Origin: Escherichia phage vB_EcoM_EP32a
Reading direction: 5' to 3' (one strand)
Sequence record: OR544954
DNA length: 64,000 nucleotides
In this document: one piece after another, positions 28,256 through 38,143 of the stretch
How the letters are laid out: every line of letters begins with the position of its first letter
Numbering within the stretch: position 1 is the stretch's first letter
Notes under the pieces: generated by a model
The model's input: only the letters and a program-made list of their open reading frames with translations
What the model was told of the DNA's origin: nothing
Database searches by the model: none
Made by a program: the position numbers and the translations under genes

Positions 28256-28783
28256 ATGAACGCTAAAGATATTTTCAACCTGGTAAATTATAACGACGGT
28301 AAATTTAAATCTGAAGCACAAAGCAAGTTCTTTAATGACGTTGCTTATGGTAACGAGATTACCGTGGACGGAGGTCAGATTTTCAAATCTCGCTGGAATT
28401 GGATTGTTATCATCGATTCAGTTGGAATTGTGGAAGTCTACAAAAACACTAACAAAAAACGTACATTATTCTGGTCTCGTGAAACTAACGAGCAGTACAA
28501 AAAGGATAAAGCATCTCGTTTATCCAAAGTAACCCAGGAAGATATCGACTTCATCAAGAAAGATATCGAGATGTACGAAAATTTAATTGCTGAAGACCAG
28601 GCAGTACTCGATAAGTTTGATGAAATTAAAGCTTCTCGTGAAATCCCTGACTTCATGAAAGAAACAGTAAACGAACGATACGCTCTCACTTCAGAACGTA
28701 TTGCAAACTATACAAAACAGAAAGCAGAACGTATTAGTACTCTTCGGAAATTTGAAGAACGTTTAAAGACGGTTCACGCATAA
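28256..28783 (+). CDS. hypothetical protein
   Basis: 175-aa ORF after promoter cassette 28199-28250. Confidence 0.5.
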   Translation: MNAKDIFNLVNYNDGKFKSEAQSKFFNDVAYGNEITVDGGQIFKSRWNWIVIIDSVGIVEVYKNTNKKRTLFWSRETNEQYKKDKASRLSKVTQEDIDFIKKDIEMYENLIAEDQAVLDKFDEIKASREIPDFMKETVNERYALTSERIANYTKQKAERISTLRKFEERLKTVHA

Positions 28784-28845
28784 ACGCTTTACCCAAGGAC
28801 GGGTTATAATGGTTTTGAGTTCCAATTCAATCTGAGGAAATAGTT

Positions 28846-29841
28846 ATGAGCATTACATCTGATGCGGTAAAACATGAAATTAACGGTTTATGTGCTTCAC
28901 AGATTAAAGTGTGGTTTAAAGACCATAATGATCGCAGAGCACTTAATTATGAACGAATTGCTATCCAAGTTCATCAATTACTGGTTAGTAAATTTGATTT
29001 TCATATGCCGTCTGAAATCTATACTAATCTACCTCGAGCGCTTATTAAAGCGTGTAAAGGCTACGGAAAATCAATGGCTGATGGAATCTTCAGCGCGCTG
29101 AATAAACTTAACGTTCTGTCGATGATTAACTCTAACAACATCCTGCGTAATCTAGGACGTACTGATTTGTTCGGTCGTGAACAGTGTAAAATGCCTTTGA
29201 AATGGATTGTTGCTCATCTTAACGAGAACCAAACACGTTTTATGGCCGTAACAGCACGTTTACAAATGGGCCTAGATCGTCAGATGAACTTTAAAACTCA
29301 TCCACGTTATTCAGGTTCAACTGACTTTTATAAATGCGAGCTTCAAAAGGTTGCAGGCAAAACTGTCTTAGTAGTTCGTGTAACGTTTGAAGGACGACGT
29401 CAAGGATATTTTGACCTAATTGGCTCTGGTCTCAAACATTGTGGATTTATCGACGAAGTTGATATCAAGCGAGACGGCACTGGATACCGTATTGGATATG
29501 TTTGCACTCTTAAAGAAGAGATTTCGGGACCAGCACCAGGACTAAAAGACGTTAGATATAAAGACGAGCTAGTTGAAGAAATAAAAGAAGTTGAATATGA
29601 TATCAACCAAGAAGATGCTCTTAAAGACCTTATTGACGAACTAAACCAAGACGTTATTCCGGTTCAGAAATTTGAATCAAAACATGCTGAGCAAATCAAA
29701 TACTTTGAAGCTTTGATTAACGAACTTAATGTAACTATTCAGCAGACTGACGATGAAATCTCACGATTAGCAGGCTTAAATGGTAAAAATAAAACAGAAC
29801 GAGCTAATCTTATTCAAGTAGTAAAACTTCTTAAGGAATGA
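28846..29841 (+). CDS. hypothetical protein with C-terminal coiled coil (family member 1 of 3)
   Basis: 331 aa; globular N-terminal part plus helical C-terminus. Confidence 0.5.
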   Translation: MSITSDAVKHEINGLCASQIKVWFKDHNDRRALNYERIAIQVHQLLVSKFDFHMPSEIYTNLPRALIKACKGYGKSMADGIFSALNKLNVLSMINSNNILRNLGRTDLFGREQCKMPLKWIVAHLNENQTRFMAVTARLQMGLDRQMNFKTHPRYSGSTDFYKCELQKVAGKTVLVVRVTFEGRRQGYFDLIGSGLKHCGFIDEVDIKRDGTGYRIGYVCTLKEEISGPAPGLKDVRYKDELVEEIKEVEYDINQEDALKDLIDELNQDVIPVQKFESKHAEQIKYFEALINELNVTIQQTDDEISRLAGLNGKNKTERANLIQVVKLLKE

Positions 29842-29896
29842 TGTACAACCAAGGATGGTTGGAGTATAATAAATTTTTCAACATGAGGAATATAAA

Positions 29897-30727
29897 ATGG
29901 CTTTTATTACACGTAGAGAACTTATCAAAGAATTTACCTCTAACGCATATACTCCAGGACCTAATCCTATCCGTATGCCTGTAAAGACTCCTGAAGAGAT
30001 TGAGGAAATCTGTTCATATTATGGGATTACTTCTCGTAAGTTTACTCAATTTGAATGTGTTACTAACACACCCGTTAAAGAGTTCATTAAAAATGGCGAG
30101 TTCAGCCGTTTATTAGCCAAACAGAAACTTCGTAATTTTTGTATCGGCGGTGAAGGACAATATTTCGCTAAGCAGTTCCGAAATAACCTTAACAATCTGA
30201 TGGCCATTGCTTCTCGTATTCGTCCTCAAGCAATTAACATGAAACATTTGAAATATACTTACGATAAGTTAGAAATCATGGTTATCAGTGAGAACGAGTT
30301 CACTCTTACATATAATCCTAAGAATGATAACGTTGCTCGTGTATTCCACCAAGCACTGGAAGTTTTAGGCGATAATATCCACCAGATTAAAGCGATTTAT
30401 TCTCGTGAGCTTAATATTATTGACCCTATCAAGAATAAGGGCAATATCGCTATCCAGGCTCGTGTATCTATTGGTAAAAAGGTTCCTGCGCCATGGTGGC
30501 ACAAAGACTCTGAATACTATCAAAATCTTAAAAAGGAAAATGCATTGTTTGAAGCTCTTCTTCCGGCCGAAGATTACCATTACAATCAAATCAAGGCCAC
30601 TATGGACCAACTGTCTGTTGAACTTGACAAAGCACAAGCTAAGCTTCGTGATGCTCAACAAGTAGTTACCAATCTCCAGTTGCAGTACTCTAAACTTTTT
30701 AACGCAATGAATGCATTAAAATCATAA
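29897..30727 (+). CDS. hypothetical protein with C-terminal coiled coil (family member 2 of 3)
   Basis: 276 aa; preceded by caaccaaggatggttgGAGTATAAT cassette. Confidence 0.5.
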   Translation: MAFITRRELIKEFTSNAYTPGPNPIRMPVKTPEEIEEICSYYGITSRKFTQFECVTNTPVKEFIKNGEFSRLLAKQKLRNFCIGGEGQYFAKQFRNNLNNLMAIASRIRPQAINMKHLKYTYDKLEIMVISENEFTLTYNPKNDNVARVFHQALEVLGDNIHQIKAIYSRELNIIDPIKNKGNIAIQARVSIGKKVPAPWWHKDSEYYQNLKKENALFEALLPAEDYHYNQIKATMDQLSVELDKAQAKLRDAQQVVTNLQLQYSKLFNAMNALKS

Positions 30728-30789
30728 ATCAGTTTACAACCAAGGATGGTTGGAGTATAATGAATCTATCTTAACGAGAGGAAAATATT

Positions 30790-31740
30790 ATGACACGTTC
30801 ACATTACATTGATTATTTTGCAGGTCTTATCGCTAATGTTCATGCCCAACGTGCTTCTGGTTCATTAGGATTTGATGTTCCACACCGAGATGTAGTAAGT
30901 GGTATTCTTCGCGATTTTGGTACATATACCGGCCAAGAAAATCATATCTGTAAAGATACTCAAAATGCGTATTCTCATTCATTAGGGACACTGCTTCAAT
31001 GGTTCAAACGTTCTCGTTTATTATCTTCTACTGTAGCTCGCGATAACATTAAAAACTTTATGAAACCGAGCTTTATTAAATCTGTGACATCTAAAACCGA
31101 TTTGGTTGAATTCACTATTGTTAATGATGTTAAAAAGACTCATTTAGCTGATTGGTTATCTACCATTCCTGAAACTAAATTTGCTGATAAATTTGCTTGT
31201 GAATTCAATAACCAAGTGAATATGCTTTTTAAACATTCTCGTAAATTATTCACTGGCGGTGATGGTCGTACAAATAAAGTTCATGTTAAAGATTGGGTTA
31301 CTGCAGTATTCAAACCAACCGGTAATGGTAACGCATCATTATCAATTGATATCCAGGTTCCTTATTACTACTCATGTAATCTCGGTACCATGAAAGCCGA
31401 AGAAATTAAGAAGCACAATAAAACCGTTCGTTCGCTGTCTTATAAACTTCGCATGATGTTAAGAGTCATGGACGTGGTAGAAATGTATGATGAAACCGAA
31501 GATAATGGTTCAATGTTATACAGTTCTCGCATTCAAATTAAGTTGAAGAACCCTAACGAGTATAAGCCTAAGCCTATTAAAGAGCCTAAAGCAGAAAAAG
31601 TTGATAACTTAAGAGAAGAACGTGAGTACCTCAAATCTCGTCTGAAAGAAGTCGAAGCCCAGATTGCAGAACAAACTAAATCGTTAAAAGCTCTGAATGC
31701 GAAAGCGGACGGTTTACGAAATGCCATTGAGGTTTTATAA
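30790..31740 (+). CDS. hypothetical protein with C-terminal coiled coil (family member 3 of 3)
   Basis: 316 aa; preceded by a near-identical caaccaaggatggttgGAGTATAAT cassette. Confidence 0.5.
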   Translation: MTRSHYIDYFAGLIANVHAQRASGSLGFDVPHRDVVSGILRDFGTYTGQENHICKDTQNAYSHSLGTLLQWFKRSRLLSSTVARDNIKNFMKPSFIKSVTSKTDLVEFTIVNDVKKTHLADWLSTIPETKFADKFACEFNNQVNMLFKHSRKLFTGGDGRTNKVHVKDWVTAVFKPTGNGNASLSIDIQVPYYYSCNLGTMKAEEIKKHNKTVRSLSYKLRMMLRVMDVVEMYDETEDNGSMLYSSRIQIKLKNPNEYKPKPIKEPKAEKVDNLREEREYLKSRLKEVEAQIAEQTKSLKALNAKADGLRNAIEVL

Positions 31741-32045
31741 TGAAACTACGTCTTTTAGAGGATATTGACATGAGCACTAATCATGGCTTGGTTAAGTTTA
31801 TTGACGATAGTTCAAAGATTGAATTTGTTCAGCGAGATAAAATCCACGGTGAAGAAGAGTTCGTTCCTCCGGCATGGAACGAAATAATGAAAATGGTTGA
31901 ACGACGTGAAAATGCTGCCAAATCGGCAGCAAAACATCCATGCCCGGAATGTGGAACTATCCAAGTCCAACTGGTTAACTGGACCAGTGATAACTTGAAA
32001 TTGAAATGCCGTAAATGCTTCCACAAATTTGAGAGAACATTATAA
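31740..32045 (+). CDS. zinc-ribbon protein
   Basis: CPECG...CRKC pair; ATGA-coupled. Confidence 0.5.
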   Translation: MKLRLLEDIDMSTNHGLVKFIDDSSKIEFVQRDKIHGEEEFVPPAWNEIMKMVERRENAAKSAAKHPCPECGTIQVQLVNWTSDNLKLKCRKCFHKFERTL

Positions 32046-32458
32046 TGAGATATAGCCTTCGTTGTTTTATCGCAGCTTTAGTTTTTGCTATTATTCCATT
32101 CATTTGGAACAGCCAGAATACTTACATGGAAACTAAAGTAATTCCCGTGGAGGTAGTGGAATTAATCTCAGGCCAATCTACAGGAAAATATTCTAAATTA
32201 GAATTTATTGCAGTCTATAAAGATGAGCAAGGACGAGTTTTTGACAGGCGTATATCACCGTCGTTTTATACGCTTCTGAATAAAGGTGATACGATAGCTA
32301 TAGAAATTCGTGAGATGGATATCAAACAAACTACTAAAGATAACTTGATTTGGTTCTTTGGTACAGTGTTGTTGGTTTCTATCTGTATCACAGGTTTTAT
32401 TACATGTATTGTATTTGGCATTGCATATTTAATCGATGAAAGGAAAAATAATGTTTAA
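32045..32458 (+). CDS. membrane protein
   Basis: N-terminal and C-terminal TM segments. Confidence 0.45.
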   Translation: MRYSLRCFIAALVFAIIPFIWNSQNTYMETKVIPVEVVELISGQSTGKYSKLEFIAVYKDEQGRVFDRRISPSFYTLLNKGDTIAIEIREMDIKQTTKDNLIWFFGTVLLVSICITGFITCIVFGIAYLIDERKNNV

Positions 32459-32714
32459 AGTGTACGGGTATGACTCTACTATTCATAAATGCATTTATTG
32501 CGATAATGCGAAACGATTGCTGACTGTTAAGAAACAGCCGTTCGAATTCATTAATGTTATGCCAGAAAAAGGTGTTTTTGATGATGAGAAAATTGCTGAG
32601 CTTCTGACTAAGCTCGGGCGTGAAACAAAAGTCGGATTGACAATGCCACAGGTATTTGCTCCTGATGGAACTTTGATCGGCGGATTTGACCAACTGCGAG
32701 AATATTTTAAATGA
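32451..32714 (+). CDS. nrdC: glutaredoxin NrdC
   Basis: MFKVYGYDSTIHKCIYCDNAKRLL... matches T4 NrdC; CxYC active site; 87 aa. Confidence 0.9.
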   Translation: MFKVYGYDSTIHKCIYCDNAKRLLTVKKQPFEFINVMPEKGVFDDEKIAELLTKLGRETKVGLTMPQVFAPDGTLIGGFDQLREYFK

Positions 32715-32738
32715 GACCTGCGAGAATATTTTAAATGA
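32694..32738 (+). repeat. tandem direct repeat 2 x 21 bp (CTGCGAGAATATTTTAAATGA) separated by GAC
   Basis: Copy 1 is the last codons and stop of nrdC; copy 2 supplies the ATG of the next ORF. Confidence 0.85.
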
Positions 32739-33091
32739 CATATTCATTAAATCTTAAAGATTTCCAAGATGTATACGAAGTTTGTGCCAATGAACTTGGT
32801 CCTGATGCTCCAACTATTATTGAAGTTTTAAATGTGCTCCCTTCATCATTAGCTTACGAAGCCAAATCATGGGGTTGGAACGACACTGTCGTTCGTGATG
32901 ACCTTTACGTCCTGATGAACGATATGATGGTTAAAAAGGCAGAACCGGTTGCACCAATTGTTACCATTACCGTTGAAGAATATAATCGCCTGCAAGCCAT
33001 TGAAGAGCTTCTGTGGAACATTGAATGTGACCTGCCATCCGGACTAGAATCCTGGATTGATTATGAAGAGCTCAATAAACTCCGGGGTTAA
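32735..33091 (+). CDS. hypothetical protein
   Basis: 118-aa ORF whose ATG lies in the duplicated nrdC 3' end. Confidence 0.5.
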   Translation: MTYSLNLKDFQDVYEVCANELGPDAPTIIEVLNVLPSSLAYEAKSWGWNDTVVRDDLYVLMNDMMVKKAEPVAPIVTITVEEYNRLQAIEELLWNIECDLPSGLESWIDYEELNKLRG

Positions 33092-33219
33092 ACCATGGTA
33101 TTCGGCTCGATGGGAGACAGTCGAGCCAGACGTCGAAACAGTTTACAATGACGAAGAAACGTGTTATGATGAACCTTCAATAAATGAATTAATTGATATG
33201 GAAATGGGAAGAGATTATT

Positions 33220-33390
33220 ATGCAAGTTAAATTATTGTACCGTTTATTAAAAAATGGCAAGCATGATTGGTATTTGCTTATTAAAACCGATCCGAATTTT
33301 TTCTCTGGACAACCATTTACAGTTCGTCCTACTAAACGTCAGCTTCGCAAAGCTAAACGTTCCCATCGTAACTTTTATAGAGAATATTGA
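33220..33390 (+). CDS. small basic protein with C-terminal VRPTKRQLRKAKR
   Basis: ATG after GGGAAGAG; shares the VRPTKRQ[IL]R motif with ORF 61315-61527. Confidence 0.4.
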   Translation: MQVKLLYRLLKNGKHDWYLLIKTDPNFFSGQPFTVRPTKRQLRKAKRSHRNFYREY

Positions 33391-33391
33391 T

Positions 33392-33817
33392 ATGAATATT
33401 TCTGAAACTCGCGGTAAATGGTTCAAGATTGTTAAAGAAGACGAAGAACTCCAAGATAAGTTTCCTGAATTAAAGAAAGATACGATCATCAAGGTAATTG
33501 GTACTACTACCGAAGATGGTTATGGCGACCATGGCATTATCGAAGTGATGTTGAACACAGGTGAGAAACTTTGCATCTATGACCGTGATACTTCTCTTTG
33601 GTGCTTCTGGGAATCCCATTCAATAGATGAACTCGAAGAAATTGATTCGGCTGATATTGCGGATGTGCTAGGTAGTAAACTTGGTGAATTCGAAGGTGAA
33701 CGAATTTCTTATGCATTAGCTAAATTAGCTGGACAAGAAAATAACGACGGCTATGAAGGTAACCTGATGCAAGCAGCCGCAGAATACATTGAATATTTAG
33801 AAAGACGTTTAAGTTAA
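33392..33817 (+). CDS. hypothetical protein (T4 pin position)
   Basis: 141-aa acidic ORF between nrdC and gene 49. Confidence 0.45.
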   Translation: MNISETRGKWFKIVKEDEELQDKFPELKKDTIIKVIGTTTEDGYGDHGIIEVMLNTGEKLCIYDRDTSLWCFWESHSIDELEEIDSADIADVLGSKLGEFEGERISYALAKLAGQENNDGYEGNLMQAAAEYIEYLERRLS

Positions 33818-33852
33818 TAAATACCCTTATCTATTTATGGTAAGGGTTTATT

Positions 33853-34326
33853 ATGTTATTATCTGGCAAATTATACAAAGAAGAAAAACAAAAATTTTAT
33901 GATGCACAGAATGGTAAGTGTCCTATTTGCCACCGTGAATTAGACCCTGATGTTCAAGGTAACCATCTTGACCACGACCACGAATTAAACGGGCCAAAAG
34001 CAGGTAGAGTTCGTGGGTTACTCTGTAATCTGTGCAACGCAGCAGAAGGCCAAATGAAGCATAAGTTCAACCGTTCCGGTCTTAAAGGACGTGATGTCGA
34101 CTACCTCGAATGGCTTGAAGCTCTTCTTGCTTATTTGAAACAAGATTATTCTGATAATAATATCCATCCTAATTTTGTTCCAGACAAAACTAAAGAGTTC
34201 TCAAGACTAGGTAAAGAGGAAATGATGACTGAGATGCTTCAAAGAGGATTTGAATATAATGAATCTGATACCAAAACACAATTAATAGCTTCATTCAAAA
34301 AGCAGCTTAGAAAGAGTTTAAAATGA
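33853..34326 (+). CDS. 49: recombination endonuclease VII (Holliday junction resolvase) gp49
   Basis: MLLSGKLYKEEKQKFYDAQNGKCPICHRELDPD...HLDHDHELNGPKAG; 157 aa as in T4. Confidence 0.95.
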   Translation: MLLSGKLYKEEKQKFYDAQNGKCPICHRELDPDVQGNHLDHDHELNGPKAGRVRGLLCNLCNAAEGQMKHKFNRSGLKGRDVDYLEWLEALLAYLKQDYSDNNIHPNFVPDKTKEFSRLGKEEMMTEMLQRGFEYNESDTKTQLIASFKKQLRKSLK

Positions 34327-36140
34327 AAATTGAAAAAGAAATTGAAGGATTAATTCATAAAACTAATAAAGATCTTTTGAACGAGAATGCTAATAAAGAT
34401 TCTCGTGTTTTTCCAACTCAACGGGACCTTATGGCTGGTATTGTGTCTAAGCACATTGCCAAAAATATGGTCCCGTCTTTTATTATGAAAGCACATGAAA
34501 GCGGAATTATCCATTTCCATGATATTGATTATTCCCCTGCTCTTCCATTTACTAATTGCTGTTTAGTAGATTTAAAAGGAATGCTTGAAAACGGGTTTAA
34601 GCTAGGTAATGCTCAAATTGAAACGCCTAAATCGATTGGTGTTGCTACTGCAATTATGGCACAAATTACCGCACAGGTTGCTTCACATCAGTACGGCGGA
34701 ACGACTTTTGCTAATGTAGATAAAGTACTTTCTCCTTATGTTAAACGCACCTATGCAAAACATATTGAGGATGCAGAAAAATGGCAAATTGCTGATGCGT
34801 TGAATTATGCCCAATCTAAAACAGAAAAAGACGTATACGATGCATTTCAAGCTTATGAGTATGAAGTAAATACTCTTTTTAGCTCAAACGGTCAAACGCC
34901 TTTTGTAACAATTACATTTGGTACTGGAACTGACTGGACTGAACGAATTATTCAGAAAGCAATTCTGAAAAATCGTATTAAAGGTCTTGGTCGTGATGGA
35001 ATAACTCCTATTTTCCCTAAACTTGTTATGTTCGTTGAAGAAGGTGTTAATCTTTATAAAGACGATCCGAACTATGATATTAAGCAGCTTGCGTTAGAAT
35101 GTGCAAGCAAAAGAATGTATCCTGATATTATTTCGGTTAAGAACAATAAAGCTATCACTGGTTCATCTATTCCTGTTTCTCCAATGGGTTGTCGTAGTTT
35201 CTTGAGTGTATGGAAAGATTCGACTGGAAATGAAATTCTTGATGGACGTAATAATCTTGGTGTTGTAACACTGAATCTTCCTCGTATTGCGTTAGATTCT
35301 TATATTGGAACACAATTCAATGAACAGAAATTTGTTGAGCTATTTAATGAACGAATGGATCTGTGTTTTGAAGCCTTGATGTGTAGAATTAGTTCTTTAA
35401 AGGGTGTTAAAGCAACTGTTGCTCCTATTCTTTACCAAGAAGGTGCATTCGGGGTTCGTCTTAAACCTGATGACGATATAATTGAGTTATTTAAAACCGG
35501 TAGAAGTTCAGTGTCCTTAGGATACATTGGTATTCACGAATTGAATATTCTTGTCGGTCGTGATATTGGACAAGAAATTTTAACTAAAATGAATGCTCAT
35601 CTTAAGCAGTGGACTGAAAGAACCGGTTTTGCTTTTAGCTTGTATTCTACTCCTGCTGAAAACCTGTGCTATCGCTTCTGTAAACTTGATACCGAGAAAT
35701 ATGGAAGTGTAAAAGATGTTACTGATAAAGGCTGGTACACTAATAGTTTCCATGTTTCAGTAGAAGAAAATATCACTCCGTTTGAAAAGATTTCTCGCGA
35801 AGCCCCATATCATTTCATTGCGACTGGCGGACATATTTCTTATGTTGAACTTCCAGATATGAAAAACAATTTAAAGGGTCTTGAGGCTGTATGGGATTAT
35901 GCTGCACAACATTTAGATTATTTTGGTGTTAATATGCCAGTAGATAAATGTTTTACATGTGGAAGTACTCATGAAATGACTCCTACTGAAACCGGATTTG
36001 TTTGTTCTATTTGTGGAGAAACTGACCCTAAAAAGATGAACACCATAAGAAGAACATGCGGTTATCTTGGAAATCCTAACGAACGCGGATTTAATCTCGG
36101 CAAAAATAAAGAAATCATGCATAGGGTTAAACACCAATGA
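34323..36140 (+). CDS. nrdD: anaerobic ribonucleoside-triphosphate reductase NrdD
   Basis: 605 aa as in T4 NrdD; C-terminal glycyl-radical region and Cys cluster CFTCGSTHEM...CSICGE; no intron. Confidence 0.9.
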   Translation: MKIEKEIEGLIHKTNKDLLNENANKDSRVFPTQRDLMAGIVSKHIAKNMVPSFIMKAHESGIIHFHDIDYSPALPFTNCCLVDLKGMLENGFKLGNAQIETPKSIGVATAIMAQITAQVASHQYGGTTFANVDKVLSPYVKRTYAKHIEDAEKWQIADALNYAQSKTEKDVYDAFQAYEYEVNTLFSSNGQTPFVTITFGTGTDWTERIIQKAILKNRIKGLGRDGITPIFPKLVMFVEEGVNLYKDDPNYDIKQLALECASKRMYPDIISVKNNKAITGSSIPVSPMGCRSFLSVWKDSTGNEILDGRNNLGVVTLNLPRIALDSYIGTQFNEQKFVELFNERMDLCFEALMCRISSLKGVKATVAPILYQEGAFGVRLKPDDDIIELFKTGRSSVSLGYIGIHELNILVGRDIGQEILTKMNAHLKQWTERTGFAFSLYSTPAENLCYRFCKLDTEKYGSVKDVTDKGWYTNSFHVSVEENITPFEKISREAPYHFIATGGHISYVELPDMKNNLKGLEAVWDYAAQHLDYFGVNMPVDKCFTCGSTHEMTPTETGFVCSICGETDPKKMNTIRRTCGYLGNPNERGFNLGKNKEIMHRVKHQ

Positions 36141-36607
36141 ATTATGATAGATTTTATCCTTGCGATTTTGTGAATGGCCCTGGTTGCAGGGTCGTTCTTT
36201 TCGTTACAGGTTGTTTGCATAAATGCGAAGGGTGTTATAATAAATCAACATGGAACGCTAGAAATGGTATTCCATTCACGGGTGAAACACTAGAGCAATT
36301 AATTGAATGTTTGAATAATGATTATATAGAAGGATTAACTATAACTGGAGGAGACCCTCTCTATCCCGATAACAGAGATGTTGTTCATTGCATTGCTCAA
36401 ACAGTAAAAAATCTTTATCCCAATAAAAGCATTTGGTTGTGGACAGGATATAAGTTTGAAGATATTAAACAACTAGAAATGCTTAAATATGTTGATGTTA
36501 TTATTGATGGGAAGTATGAGAAAAATCTTCCGACCAAAAAACTGTGGCGAGGATCAGATAATCAGCGACTTTGGTCAAATACCGATGGGGTGTGGAAACA
36601 TGATTAA
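36137..36607 (+). CDS. nrdG: anaerobic RNR activating enzyme NrdG (radical SAM)
   Basis: GCRVVLFVTGCLHKCEGCYN (CxxxCxxC); ATGA overlap with nrdD. Confidence 0.9.
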   Translation: MNYDRFYPCDFVNGPGCRVVLFVTGCLHKCEGCYNKSTWNARNGIPFTGETLEQLIECLNNDYIEGLTITGGDPLYPDNRDVVHCIAQTVKNLYPNKSIWLWTGYKFEDIKQLEMLKYVDVIIDGKYEKNLPTKKLWRGSDNQRLWSNTDGVWKHD

Positions 36608-36717
36608 ATTGAATTACATTATGGATACTATAAATGATATGATTTTTCGTTTTGGTCCAGAATTTTATTCGCAGTATAGTTTGGTGTTTATCAATGCTTA
36701 GTTAATTAAGGGTAAAT

Positions 36718-36933
36718 ATGTATAAATTTCGTAAAGGTTTAGCTGATTTTCTTACAACTGTAACGTTCTTTTTGTTTATGGCAGTTGGAGCTATTTTTCT
36801 TATTCCTTTTACTGTTGTATTTTTCTTGATTAGTTTAATTTCTCCGGAAAAGGGTTTATCCTCCAGCGAATTCAATGAACGTTTGGACAAAATTACTAAT
36901 AAACTGAATTCTGTTCTTGATAAAAAGGCTTAA
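36718..36933 (+). CDS. small membrane protein
   Basis: TM segment FLFMAVGAIFLIPFTVVFFLISLI. Confidence 0.45.
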   Translation: MYKFRKGLADFLTTVTFFLFMAVGAIFLIPFTVVFFLISLISPEKGLSSSEFNERLDKITNKLNSVLDKKA

Positions 36934-36935
36934 TT

Positions 36936-37253
36936 ATGATTAGTTTTGAGCGGTATGTGGTAGAGAGTTGGAAAGGTTTTGATATGTTCGGTAATGACTA
37001 TTATTTTTACGAATGTAATCTGAACCCAAGCTTCTGGGCTGGACGTGAACGAGATCTCGAAGAAATTAATGCTCGTGCCGAATTGTTAGGTGAACTGCCT
37101 ACAGTTTATTTTACCTTTGATGAATCCGGCTTCGTTATCCAGGTTTATTTTCCTGAAGAAAACTCTGGCGAGGATTCTGTTAATCCTCCTTATTGGGCTT
37201 ACCAAGGAATTATTTCTCGTGGAACAAAACTCGAACTTAAAGAACAAGATTGA
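36936..37253 (+). CDS. hypothetical protein
   Basis: 105-aa ORF. Confidence 0.45.
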   Translation: MISFERYVVESWKGFDMFGNDYYFYECNLNPSFWAGRERDLEEINARAELLGELPTVYFTFDESGFVIQVYFPEENSGEDSVNPPYWAYQGIISRGTKLELKEQD

Positions 37254-37542
37254 AATTTATGGCATCCCTGAAGAAGTAGGACGTTGTCCGGGATGTTATA
37301 CTGTTACAAAACTTTTAAAGGAGCTCAATGCTCCTTATACATTTTATAAAGTCCTCACTAATAATGGTAAGATTGAATATGACCGTCCTTTAATCGTATC
37401 TCTTGCTAAACGTGCAGGATTCACTTCACTTAATATTCGTTATCCTGTCATATTTTTAAATGATAAGAAACAAAAGAATATTGCAGAGTTTAAAAAGACC
37501 TTGATTTCATTAGGATATGACTCTGATATCATAGAAGATTGA
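37219..37542 (+). CDS. nrdH: glutaredoxin-like NrdH (start uncertain; no in-frame ATG)
   Basis: KIEIYGIPEEVGRCPGCYTVTKLL... with CPGC active site; candidate start GTG 37219 after AAGGA, or ATT 37249; overlaps upstream ORF. Confidence 0.6.
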   Translation: MEQNSNLKNKIEIYGIPEEVGRCPGCYTVTKLLKELNAPYTFYKVLTNNGKIEYDRPLIVSLAKRAGFTSLNIRYPVIFLNDKKQKNIAEFKKTLISLGYDSDIIED

Positions 37543-37641
37543 CCAGGTGCCGCCTGGTCTTCTTTATCTCATTTCTAATATAATCCATTGGAATCTTCAC
37601 TTCACTATCTCCTTGTGCCACTCTCAAATCAAAAAATATTT

Positions 37642-37700
37642 TCATAAAACAGTTTACATCCTCAATAGATGTGTTAAGATTAAACCATCTACTATAGAGG
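37642..37700 (+). promoter_or_regulatory. early promoter cassette
   Basis: caGTTTACatcctcaatagatgtgTTAAGATtaaaccatctactatagagg. Confidence 0.4.
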
Positions 37701-37708
37701 AAAATAAA

Positions 37709-37891
37709 ATGACAATTGAAGATAAAGAAATTAAGGTCGACCAGTACTATTCTGTCAACGGTAGTGCAGTACAGATAACCAGAGTTTCAAGCCTGGATGT
37801 TTGGTACCGTTCGATCAAATATCCGGAAATTGGTGAAATGCTTTGTGACCGTGGTATCTTCTGTTCAATTGCGAAGGAAATTAAGCCATGA
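37709..37891 (+). CDS. small hypothetical protein
   Basis: ATG after AGAGGAAAATAAA. Confidence 0.4.
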   Translation: MTIEDKEIKVDQYYSVNGSAVQITRVSSLDVWYRSIKYPEIGEMLCDRGIFCSIAKEIKP

Positions 37892-38136
37892 TTAGTTTAG
37901 ATTCAAAGAAAGTTGTTCTATCTCTTAATGTAAATAACGAACGTCCGATATTCATTACCATTTCCGATTTGAATGTTGAAATTGCTAATGGCGTCCGTAC
38001 TTATCAAACGTCTAAAACACAATGGGACTATATCCCAATGTTGACTCTTACTCAGCGTTTAGAATCAATCGGTCTTAAAGACCTTTCAGTAAGTGAAGTG
38101 AATTTTATCAAACGTATTGTATCAATCAACCTCTGA
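37888..38136 (+). CDS. hypothetical protein
   Basis: 82-aa ATGA-coupled ORF. Confidence 0.4.
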   Translation: MISLDSKKVVLSLNVNNERPIFITISDLNVEIANGVRTYQTSKTQWDYIPMLTLTQRLESIGLKDLSVSEVNFIKRIVSINL

Positions 38137-38143
38137 GGTACTT

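Noticed and set aside
34323-36140. Group I intron or homing endonuclease in nrdD
   Set aside because: The ORF is continuous at 605 codons with no insertion, and no GIY-YIG or HNH motifs were seen nearby.
37090-37258. ATG-initiated N-terminal extension of the NrdH frame (MNCLQFILPLMNPASL...)
   Set aside because: The extension is low-complexity and overlaps the better-supported ORF 36936-37253 almost entirely; the glutaredoxin domain begins only at about 37243.
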